From positions 14,852-78,851 of the forward strand of contig URNB01000001.1 of assembly GCA_900549055.1 (NCBI GenBank): 64,000 nt of DNA, read 5' to 3'. Both the position numbers and the translations under genes were made by a program. Positions 56,911-64,000 of this stretch are shown one piece after another. The DNA comes from an uncultured Oscillospiraceae bacterium. Lineage in GTDB: Bacteria; Bacillota; Clostridia; Oscillospirales; Acutalibacteraceae. Numbering within the stretch: the first letter of the stretch is position 1; the number at the start of each line of letters is the position of its first letter. A model generated the notes under the pieces. That model was not told where the DNA came from, ran no database searches, and worked only from the letters and a program-made list of their open reading frames with translations.

Positions 56911-56950
56911 CGGTAGAGTGAAAAAACGCACTCTACCGCGAATATTTTTT
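56911..56950 (+). terminator. Intrinsic terminator/attenuator in the degV leader; it overlaps a four-codon mini-ORF (ATG TCG GTA GAG TGA, RBS AAAGGA)
   Basis: Stem CGGTAGAGTG / CACTCTACCG followed by AATATTTTTT. Confidence 0.5.
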
Positions 56951-57038
56951 ACAGTAGAATTGCATTTTTAACTTTAGGGTGATATTTTATACATGAATTT
57001 GTATAATAATAAAAAAATAATTGGGAGCAGATGCAAAA

Positions 57039-57911
57039 ATGTCTTACAGAATAGTTACCGATTCGTGCGCGAATTTAACCGATCAACAGATAAACGATTA
57101 TGATGTGGATATTATAACGCTTAAATACAATATCAACGGCAAGGATTTCATAAGCTATCAAAAGGGCGTCAAGACCGATTACAAGGAGACCTATGCGCTT
57201 TTGCGGGATAAGGCGAAGATCACCACCTCGCTTGTTGACCGCGACACCTGCGACGCCGTTATAAAGCCGATACTCGAAAAGGGCGAGGATGTACTGCTGC
57301 TTGCTTTCTCCTCCGGGCTTTCGGGAACATATCAGAATATGGTGAACGCGGCGGAGGATTACAAAAACGAATTCCCCGAGCGCAAGGTTATAGTTATCGA
57401 TACGCTTTGTGCATCCTTGGGCGAGGGTCTGGCGGTGCATTATGCCGTAAAGCTTAAAAACGAGGGCCGCTCAATTGAAGAGGTGGCTGATTGGATTGAG
57501 AAAAACAAGCTGCACATTTGCCATATTTTCACCATCGATGATCTGTTCTTCTTAAAGCGCGGCGGCAGACTTTCGGGTTCAAGCGCAATGCTCGGCACGC
57601 TGCTCGGCATAAAGCCGCTTCTGCACACTGCGGATGACGGCAAGCTTTATGTGACCGGCAAGACCAGAGGCCGCAAGGCATCGGTCGAATATCTTATAAA
57701 CTCGGTCGGCGAGATGTCGTTTGACAACATTAAGGAGCAGGAGGTCTTTATAGGCCACGGAGACTGCGAGGAAGAAGCACTCTATATTTCCGATGAAATC
57801 AAGCGCCGCTACGGAGTCAAAAAGACTGTTGTTAATTATATTGATTCGGTTATCGGAGCGCACTCGGGTCCCGGAACGCTCGCGGTATTTTTCCTCGGCG
57901 AAAAGAGATAA
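57039..57911 (+). CDS. DegV family fatty-acid-binding protein
   Basis: [18 protein letters not shown]-terminus and DegV fold motifs; GGGAG RBS 10 nt upstream. Confidence 0.85.
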   Translation: MSYRIVTDSCANLTDQQINDYDVDIITLKYNINGKDFISYQKGVKTDYKETYALLRDKAKITTSLVDRDTCDAVIKPILEKGEDVLLLAFSSGLSGTYQNMVNAAEDYKNEFPERKVIVIDTLCASLGEGLAVHYAVKLKNEGRSIEEVADWIEKNKLHICHIFTIDDLFFLKRGGRLSGSSAMLGTLLGIKPLLHTADDGKLYVTGKTRGRKASVEYLINSVGEMSFDNIKEQEVFIGHGDCEEEALYISDEIKRRYGVKKTVVNYIDSVIGAHSGPGTLAVFFLGEKR

Positions 57912-58067
57912 AGTGAACTCGATCAATACAATCGGATGATTTTCCGTTATGGGAAGCATTGTGTCCGGAGTGTATTGTCTGTTAAAAACAACAAAATACG
58001 CCACGCGAATGTGACATAATTTGCGCCGCCTCCGCCGTATAATAATTATACGAGGGAGGCGGCGCTT

Positions 58068-58898
58068 TTGGTTGTATATGCAGATATACTTATAATACTG
58101 AATTTTGCGGTGGATTATTTTCTGCTGCGTGCCGCAGCTTTTTTGCAGCACCTTAACCCGCCGCTTTGGCGTATACTTTTATCCGCCGCTGCGGGCGGCA
58201 TTTCTTCTCTCTACATATTCCTGCCGCCGCGTGGAGTAATATTGGATATTTTGTTCCGTACGGCCGTTTGCGCCGCTATGACATTTATCTGCTTCGGCTT
58301 CGGCAAAATCAAACGCTTTTTGCGCAGCTTTGGGGTATTTTTGCTTGTGACCTTCGGCTACGGCGGAGCTATGACGGCGCTTTGGTATCTATTAAGACCG
58401 AACGGCATGACGGTTATAAACTCGGTTGTTTATTTCAATATTTCACCGGCACTTTTGATTTTCTCATCCGTTGCGGCGTATTTTCTGCTGCGGCTGCTGC
58501 AGCTTATATTTTCCGGTACATCAAAGCTGGCGGAAAGATGTGAGATTACCGTTTCGGCAGGGAATAGCAGCATAACGCTGGAGGGAATTGTGGATACCGG
58601 AAACTCGGTTGAGGATATATTCGGCGGCGGCGAGGTGATAATTGCGGACGTCGAGTATGTAAAAACCCTTTTCGGCGAAATCGACCCTGCCCTTAACAGG
58701 GAAATACGCTCGCGCTACAGGGTCATGCCCTGCGGCACGGTAACAGGAGGCGGGACGCTTGAGGCATTCAGGTGCGATACCGCGCTTGTAAGCGACGGAA
58801 AGCGAAACGTAAGGCTTAATAAACCGATACTCGCCATATCGAAAACACCGCTTAAAGACGATTATTCGGCAATAGTAAATCCAAGAATTTTTATGTAG
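58068..58898 (+). CDS. spoIIGA: Sporulation sigma-E processing peptidase SpoIIGA
   Basis: GGGAGG RBS 9 nt before TTG; N-terminus [20 protein letters not shown]; five TM helices; aspartic protease motif [11 protein letters not shown]. Confidence 0.85.
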   Translation: MVVYADILIILNFAVDYFLLRAAAFLQHLNPPLWRILLSAAAGGISSLYIFLPPRGVILDILFRTAVCAAMTFICFGFGKIKRFLRSFGVFLLVTFGYGGAMTALWYLLRPNGMTVINSVVYFNISPALLIFSSVAAYFLLRLLQLIFSGTSKLAERCEITVSAGNSSITLEGIVDTGNSVEDIFGGGEVIIADVEYVKTLFGEIDPALNREIRSRYRVMPCGTVTGGGTLEAFRCDTALVSDGKRNVRLNKPILAISKTPLKDDYSAIVNPRIFM

Positions 58899-58911
58899 AA
58901 GGGCGACTGAA

Positions 58912-59604
58912 ATGAATATCAGAGCGTTAATAATAAAGTGGCTTATTAAATTCGGAATAGTAAAGCCCTCGTTTTACATAAACGGGGCGGAAACACTTCC
59001 TCCGCCGCTCGGCACGGCGGAGGAAACAAGGCTTTTGCGTGAGGGCGGGCAGGAAAACCGCAATAAGCTTATTGTGCATAATCTGCGGCTTGTGGTATAC
59101 ATCGCGCGCAAGTTTGACTCCGCTGCCGTTAATATTGAGGATCTCATATCGATAGGCACCATAGGTCTTATCAAGGCGGTAAATACATTTCGCCCGGATA
59201 AAAACATCAAGCTTGCAACCTATGCCTCGCGCTGCATAGAAAATGAAATTTTAATGTATTTAAGAAAAAACGCCTCGCAGAAGAACGAGGTGTCGATTGA
59301 CGAGCCGCTCAATATTGATTGGGACGGAAACGAGCTGCTTTTATCCGATGTTTTAGGCAGCGACGGCGACGAGGTAGGCAGGGGAATCGAGCAGGAGGAC
59401 GAAAGATTTTTGCTTTTAAGCTTTGTGTGCGAGCTGCCGCCGAGAGAAAAACAGATAATGGAAATGCGATTCGGTATGAACGGATACGAGGAATATACCC
59501 AAAAAGAGGTGGCGGACGCGCTGGGTATTTCCCAGTCGTATATATCAAGGCTTGAAAAGCGAATTATATGTAAGCTTAAAAAACAGCTTGAAAAAGCGGT
59601 GTAG
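58912..59604 (+). CDS. sigE: RNA polymerase sporulation sigma factor SigE (pro-sigma-E)
   Basis: Pro-sequence, region 2 ([25 protein letters not shown]) and region 4 HTH ([21 protein letters not shown]); sits immediately after spoIIGA. Confidence 0.9.
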   Translation: MNIRALIIKWLIKFGIVKPSFYINGAETLPPPLGTAEETRLLREGGQENRNKLIVHNLRLVVYIARKFDSAAVNIEDLISIGTIGLIKAVNTFRPDKNIKLATYASRCIENEILMYLRKNASQKNEVSIDEPLNIDWDGNELLLSDVLGSDGDEVGRGIEQEDERFLLLSFVCELPPREKQIMEMRFGMNGYEEYTQKEVADALGISQSYISRLEKRIICKLKKQLEKAV

Positions 59605-59633
59605 GGCTGGTAAAATATACACGGTGATGCTTC

Positions 59634-59912
59634 TTGGAACAATATGAAAAAATACTTGCCGTATGGCTTGTTATAATAAATTTTATTTCCGTTATTGTAT
59701 GTACAGCCGATAAAAGCCGCGCAAAACGCGGCAAGCGGCGTGTGCGTGAAAGAACGCTTTGGGCACTGACACTTTTGGGAGGCGGCGTGGGAATGTACCT
59801 TACAATGCGGCTTATACGGCACAAAACCCTGCACAAAAGCTTTATGATCGGCATACCGCTTATTGTTATTCTGCAAATTATCGTTTTATTTTGCATTTTG
59901 TACTTGAAATAA
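59634..59912 (+). CDS. DUF1294-like small membrane protein
   Basis: TTG start; pattern DK..AK.G.RRV.E..L..L.L.GG..G....M.L.RHKT.HK.F. Confidence 0.5.
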   Translation: MEQYEKILAVWLVIINFISVIVCTADKSRAKRGKRRVRERTLWALTLLGGGVGMYLTMRLIRHKTLHKSFMIGIPLIVILQIIVLFCILYLK

Positions 59913-59964
59913 TACGGCGGAAATGTTAATATAATTACAGTAAATATTCAGGGGGATGTTAAAA

Positions 59965-60537
59965 ATGTCATTTTGTACTAAATGCGGCACTGAACTTAAA
60001 GAGGATGCTAAATTCTGCCCTTCCTGCGGCGCTCCGACAGAGCAAAAGGCAGAGCCGGCTGCCGAAGAAAAGCAGCCCGAGCAGAACACATATCAGCAGA
60101 ACACATACCAGCAGAATACTACATCTGATTTTGCGCAGAAATTCGACCAATTTACCGATACCGAGGACAGAACCGCCGAGTTTGATAAGGCGGACATATC
60201 GGCAAATAAGGTTTATGCAATCTTGGCGTACATAGGCTTCTTGGTTTTGGTTCCGCTTATCGCCGTGCCGAAATCAAAGTTCGCGCGCTTCCATGCCAAT
60301 CAGGGTCTTGTGCTCTTAATCGGAGAGGTGGCTTACAATATTGTGCGCAGCGTTTTGGTTTATGTCTTGCGTCTCACTATGTGGGGACCGCTGCGTATAG
60401 TTTATAATGCCGTAAAGTTTGCAACCGGCGCGGTAGGTCTTGTTTTTGTGGTCTTTGCCGTAATCGGTATCGTAAACGCCGCACAGGGCATTGCAAAGGA
60501 GCTCCCGCTTGTCGGCAAGGTCAAAATATTGAAATAA
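59965..60537 (+). CDS. Zinc-ribbon (CxxC..CxxC) membrane protein with a Gln/Asn-rich linker and a DUF4870-like TM domain
   Basis: AGGGGG RBS ~10 nt before ATG 59965; CTKCGTEL...CPSCGAP zinc ribbon; QQNTYQQNTYQQNT repeat; three TM helices. Confidence 0.55.
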   Translation: MSFCTKCGTELKEDAKFCPSCGAPTEQKAEPAAEEKQPEQNTYQQNTYQQNTTSDFAQKFDQFTDTEDRTAEFDKADISANKVYAILAYIGFLVLVPLIAVPKSKFARFHANQGLVLLIGEVAYNIVRSVLVYVLRLTMWGPLRIVYNAVKFATGAVGLVFVVFAVIGIVNAAQGIAKELPLVGKVKILK

Positions 60538-60600
60538 TTCCGCATTGAAAAGGCGGAAAAAGACCGAGCCGTTTGATTCGAAATAATTTTAACAGCATTA

Positions 60601-60650
60601 AGCCCTGCGGGTGTCGCGGCTTTCCGAACACCTGCAGGGCTTAATTTAAT
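60601..60650 (+). terminator. Rho-independent terminator of the zinc-ribbon gene, abutting MITE copy 3
   Basis: Stem AGCCCTGCGGGTG / CACCTGCAGGGCT followed by TAATTTAAT. Confidence 0.45.
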
Positions 60651-60905
60651 GCCTGCTGAACAATTCAAAAGTACCTAACCTGGCATGTTGGTGTAAACTT
60701 TTGAATTGTTCAGGTGCAAGGTTTTTGCGCAATTTTGCGAAAAAACCTTGCACTTTAAAAAGAATCACATTTTGATTCTTTTTAAAATCAGGCGACAATC
60801 AATGGATACTGACGGTCAAAACAAAGGTTTTGACCCATAAAATCGAGATTTTAACTCGATTTTATATAATTGCATTTGCTAATGCAATTATTCAGTAGAC
60901 ATTAA
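60646..60905 (+). mobile_element. MITE-like ~260-bp multi-hairpin repeat, copy 3
   Basis: About 97% identical to copy 2 (differences confined to the loop of the terminal hairpin); same TIRs; ends 1 nt from the MATE stop codon. Confidence 0.7.
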
Positions 60906-60906
60906 T

Positions 60907-62241
60907 TTATGCCTTTTTTTCTTTTTTAATTAAAATTATAAATGCGGCGGCGCATATTATTGCCGACAGCAGAGAGCCTGCCGCTGTTGCAAGCCCCATT
61001 GGGTAGAGCGTTCCCGGGAACATTGAGGACATAAAATACGCTCCGGGAATACGCACAAGCAGTATTGCAATCATATTGTGCATAAACGAAATTCCCGATT
61101 TCCCGCAGGCACAGAAATGCCCGCTGAACGCAAAGTGTATTCCGGCGAAAAGACAATCCCACGCATAGCCGCGCAGGTACTCGCCGCCTAGCCGTATGAC
61201 CGCCGCACTGTCGGTAAACAGCGATACAGCACCGCTCGATAAAAACTGCATAATAACCGCCACTGTGCCGCCAAAGCCCGCGGCAATAAAAATTGCGTAA
61301 AGCAGCGTTTTTCTTGCACGTTCGGGCTTTTGCGCCCCGATATTCTGCGCGCCGAGCGCCGAAACGGCAGAAAGCATAGAAGACGGCACAAGAAACAGAA
61401 AGCCGATTATTTTTTCGACAATTCCCACCGCCGCCGCGTCGTTAAGCCCGCGGCGGTTTGCTATTACGGTGATTACCATAAAGGCAATTTGAATAAACCC
61501 GTCCTGCATTGCGACCGGTATGCCTATTTTAAGAATTTTTCCGATTATTTGCTTATCGGGCTTTAGGTCCGCTTTTTTAAGCGCAAAGTCAGTTTTGCGC
61601 ATTTTTACAAAGATAAGCGATATAACAACGCTTACAGCCTGGGAAAGCGTTGTGCCGAGCGCCGCTCCCGCAGGACCCATACCGAGTACGCCTATAAACA
61701 GGTAATCAAGCGCTATATTAGCGGCACATGCAACCGCTATAAAGTACATGGGGCTTTTGCTGTCCCCCATACCGCGGAAAACGGCGCTTATAATATTATA
61801 CGCCGTTATAAACGGTATGCCGATAAAGCAAATCGTAAGGTAATCCACCGTGCCCGCCGCAGCGTCCGCGGGGGTCGAAACGGCGAAAACGATTGCCCTG
61901 CGCAAGACGAGCAGCAAAAGCGTCAGCACCGAGGAAAGTCCCATAAACAGCGTTACGGTATTGCCCGTAAAAAGCGCCGCCCTGCGGTTGTCCCTACCGC
62001 CTATTGCCTGCCCGATATTGACCGTAGCGCCCATGGCAAGCCCCACTATCATAACCGTCAGCATATGCATGACCTGCGAACCGACGGAAACCGCGGTAGT
62101 ATCGGCAACGCTGCCGAACTGACCTATTATGAGCAGATCCGCCATTCCGTAAAGGGTTTGCAGGAAAAAGGATAAAAGGTACGGCAGCGAGAAGAACAAA
62201 AGGTTCTTCATAACGCTGCCGCTTGTAAGCTCCCGTTTCAT
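60907..62241 (-). CDS. MATE family efflux transporter
   Basis: Twelve TM helices; MATE N-terminal pattern LLFFSLPYLLSFFLQTLYGMADLLIIGQFG. Confidence 0.85.
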   Translation of the reverse strand: MKRELTSGSVMKNLLFFSLPYLLSFFLQTLYGMADLLIIGQFGSVADTTAVSVGSQVMHMLTVMIVGLAMGATVNIGQAIGGRDNRRAALFTGNTVTLFMGLSSVLTLLLLVLRRAIVFAVSTPADAAAGTVDYLTICFIGIPFITAYNIISAVFRGMGDSKSPMYFIAVACAANIALDYLFIGVLGMGPAGAALGTTLSQAVSVVISLIFVKMRKTDFALKKADLKPDKQIIGKILKIGIPVAMQDGFIQIAFMVITVIANRRGLNDAAAVGIVEKIIGFLFLVPSSMLSAVSALGAQNIGAQKPERARKTLLYAIFIAAGFGGTVAVIMQFLSSGAVSLFTDSAAVIRLGGEYLRGYAWDCLFAGIHFAFSGHFCACGKSGISFMHNMIAILLVRIPGAYFMSSMFPGTLYPMGLATAAGSLLSAIICAAAFIILIKKEKKA

Positions 62242-62249
62242 ACAGAGGC

Positions 62250-62948
62250 TTAACCTCCGAGGTAGGCTTTTTTAACCGAGTCGCTCTGTGCAAGCTCTGC
62301 ACCCGTTCCGGAAAGGGTGATTCTGCCCGATTCAAGAACATATGCGCGGTCGGCTATTTTGAGCGCCATTTCGGCGTTTTGCTCAACCAAAAGAATGGTA
62401 GTGCCCGCGTCATGCAGTTCTTTGATTATATCAAATATCTGCTGAACAAGTATAGGCGCCAAGCCCATTGAGGGTTCGTCAAGCATTAAGAGCTTGGGCT
62501 TACTCATAAGCGCCCTGCCCATGGCGAGCATCTGCTGTTCACCGCCCGAAAGCGTGCCGGCGATCTGATTTTTGCGGTGCTTAAGGCGCGGGAAACGCTC
62601 AAAAACATCCGCAATGCCTTCCTTAACATAGCCGGGCTGTGTATAAGCGCCCATTTCAAGGTTTTCAAGCACGGTCATATGCAAAAATATTCGTCTGCCC
62701 TCGGGAACGTGCGCCAAACCCTTTGATACAAGCTTGTGCGCCTCGGCGTGGGTAATATCCTCATTCATAAGGGTTATACTGCCGGTTTTTGAGTGCATAA
62801 GCCCCGAAATGGTTTTAAGGGTGGTTGACTTGCCCGCGCCGTTTGCGCCTATAAGGGCTACGATTTCATCCTCGTGCACTTCAAGCGAAATGCCTTTAAG
62901 CGCGTGAATATTGCCGTAATAAACATTTATATCATTTACCGTCAGCAT
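62250..62948 (-). CDS. livF: Branched-chain amino acid ABC transporter ATP-binding protein LivF
   Basis: AAGGAGG RBS 9 nt before ATG 62948; Walker A GANGAGKST; LSGGEQQMLAMGRAL; LLMLDEPSMGLAP. Confidence 0.85.
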   Translation of the reverse strand: MLTVNDINVYYGNIHALKGISLEVHEDEIVALIGANGAGKSTTLKTISGLMHSKTGSITLMNEDITHAEAHKLVSKGLAHVPEGRRIFLHMTVLENLEMGAYTQPGYVKEGIADVFERFPRLKHRKNQIAGTLSGGEQQMLAMGRALMSKPKLLMLDEPSMGLAPILVQQIFDIIKELHDAGTTILLVEQNAEMALKIADRAYVLESGRITLSGTGAELAQSDSVKKAYLGG

Positions 62949-63783
62949 TACCGTCAGCCTCCTTTTTCTTTCCGAGATACGCCTCAATAACCTTGGGGTT
63001 AGCCTTGATTTCATCCGGCGTGCCCTTTGCGATTATTTTACCGTGGTCAAGCACGCAAATGCCCTCGCAAATGTTCATAACAAGGTTCATATCGTGCTCA
63101 ATAAGCATTATTGCAATATTAAAGGTATCGCGTATGCGGCGGATATTTTCCATAAGCTCCGCCGTTTCCGAGGGGTTCATACCCGCCGCGGGCTCGTCAA
63201 GCAAAATAATGCTCGGGTTGGTGGCAAGCGCTCTTACAATTTCAAGTCTTCTCTGCGCGCCGTAGGGTAAAGAGCCTGCCTCCTCGTTTGCTACATCAGC
63301 CATAGAGAAAAAGTCAAGCAGCTCTATTGCGCGCTCATTAGCCGTTTTCTCGGCTTTTTTATAGCCAAAACCGTGGGTAACCGAGGCAAAAAAGCCCTCT
63401 TTAATGGAGTTATGCAAGCCTACCTTGACATTGTCAAGCACCGACATATTGGAAAACAGCCGTATATTCTGGAAGGTGCGTGCGATTCCCATTCGGTTTA
63501 CCTGCGAGGTTGTTTTGCCGGCAGTTGACTTTCCGTCCAAAATAATAGAACCGCGCGAGGGCTGGTAAACATTGGTAAGCAGGTTGAAAACGGTGGTTTT
63601 ACCGGCGCCGTTAGGGCCTATAAGACCGGCTATTTCGGTTTTGCCTACGGTAAGTGAGAATTCGTCAACTGCGGTAAGTCCGCCGAAATCTATACCTAAA
63701 TGGTGGGTTTCAAGCACGGGGCGTTTATCAACATCGCGCTCGGGAACAATTGCGCCCGAGGGGTAAGGTACCATTTTATCCAT
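62932..63783 (-). CDS. livG: Branched-chain amino acid ABC transporter ATP-binding protein LivG
   Basis: GGAGG RBS; Walker A GPNGAGKTT; LPYGAQRRLEIVRALATNP; LLDEPAAGMNP. Confidence 0.9.
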   Translation of the reverse strand: MDKMVPYPSGAIVPERDVDKRPVLETHHLGIDFGGLTAVDEFSLTVGKTEIAGLIGPNGAGKTTVFNLLTNVYQPSRGSIILDGKSTAGKTTSQVNRMGIARTFQNIRLFSNMSVLDNVKVGLHNSIKEGFFASVTHGFGYKKAEKTANERAIELLDFFSMADVANEEAGSLPYGAQRRLEIVRALATNPSIILLDEPAAGMNPSETAELMENIRRIRDTFNIAIMLIEHDMNLVMNICEGICVLDHGKIIAKGTPDEIKANPKVIEAYLGKKKEADGNADGK

Positions 63784-64000
63784 TTGATTTTACCTCCCCG
63801 TTTTTATTTTTGCGGAATATTCCGTCTAATTTAATTTTAGTGTTTTCAAAAAAGAGCTTTGCTTTTGAGCTGTTTTTAAGCAGCATTACCGCGATAAGCA
63901 GTATAGCGTAAATAAGCATGCGGTAATCGCCTGCGTTTATGTTGCGCAAAAGCTCGGGCAGCATATAAAGCAACGCCGTTGCTATGATAGTGCCGAAAAT
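63776..64000 (-). CDS. livM: Branched-chain amino acid ABC permease LivM, 3' end only (gene continues beyond the window)
   Basis: Hydrophobic C-terminal segment LIYAILLIAVMLL; overlaps the livG start; open to the window edge. Confidence 0.65.
   Translation of the reverse strand: MFGTIIATALLYMLPELLRNINAGDYRMLIYAILLIAVMLLKNSSKAKLFFENTKIKLDGIFRKNKNGEVKSNG

Noticed and set aside
59220-59896. 218-aa and 106-aa minus-strand ORFs opposite sigE/DUF1294
   Set aside because: They are antisense to the highly conserved sigE coding sequence and are spurious.
3995-60905. Could the three ~260-bp repeats be a CRISPR array or rRNA/tRNA-associated repeats?
   Set aside because: The copies are 20-36 kb apart, with no short regular repeat-spacer periodicity, no cas genes, and no tRNA cloverleaf or rRNA conserved blocks. 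The TIRs and internal hairpins fit a MITE or structured repeat instead.

Overview
This 64-kb window looks like it comes from a spore-forming Clostridia genome with roughly 55% GC. Dockerin-bearing genes suggest an Oscillospiraceae/Ruminococcaceae-like, cellulosome-type organism. The main contents are listed below.

- **Secreted proteins (0.3-4 kb):** two secreted proteins, one with a dockerin and one with Ig-like repeats plus a calcineurin-like phosphoesterase.
- **Glycan-utilisation block (4.4-39.9 kb):** two flanking AraC regulators, dpaA/dpaB, and a minus-strand gene block of about 24 kb. That block holds two mirror-arranged CUT1 ABC importers, two GH16 paralogues, a 1652-aa modular surface protein and its 709-aa paralogue, and several intracellular glycosidase-like enzymes.
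- **Housekeeping and sporulation genes (40-64 kb):** gap, tgt, queA, asd-dapA-dapB, a GNAT, an ABC-2 exporter, a malQ maltodextrin ABC locus, degV, spoIIGA-sigE, a MATE transporter and livFGM.

The most striking feature is a roughly 260-bp AT-rich, multi-hairpin repeat with about 15-bp terminal inverted repeats, which I read as MITE-like. Three nearly identical copies sit at 3995-4255, 39968-40229 and 60646-60905. Copies 1 and 2 are in inverted orientation and bracket the whole 36-kb glycan/dpaAB segment. Two copies lie within 1 nt of host stop codons.

Other points of interest are a T8 slippery junction linking the 709-aa dockerin protein to a leaderless GH16 in the -1 frame, an ARH-fold protein translationally coupled to a TIM-barrel isomerase, and a promoter/mini-ORF/terminator leader upstream of degV. 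No rRNA, tRNA or CRISPR was seen.
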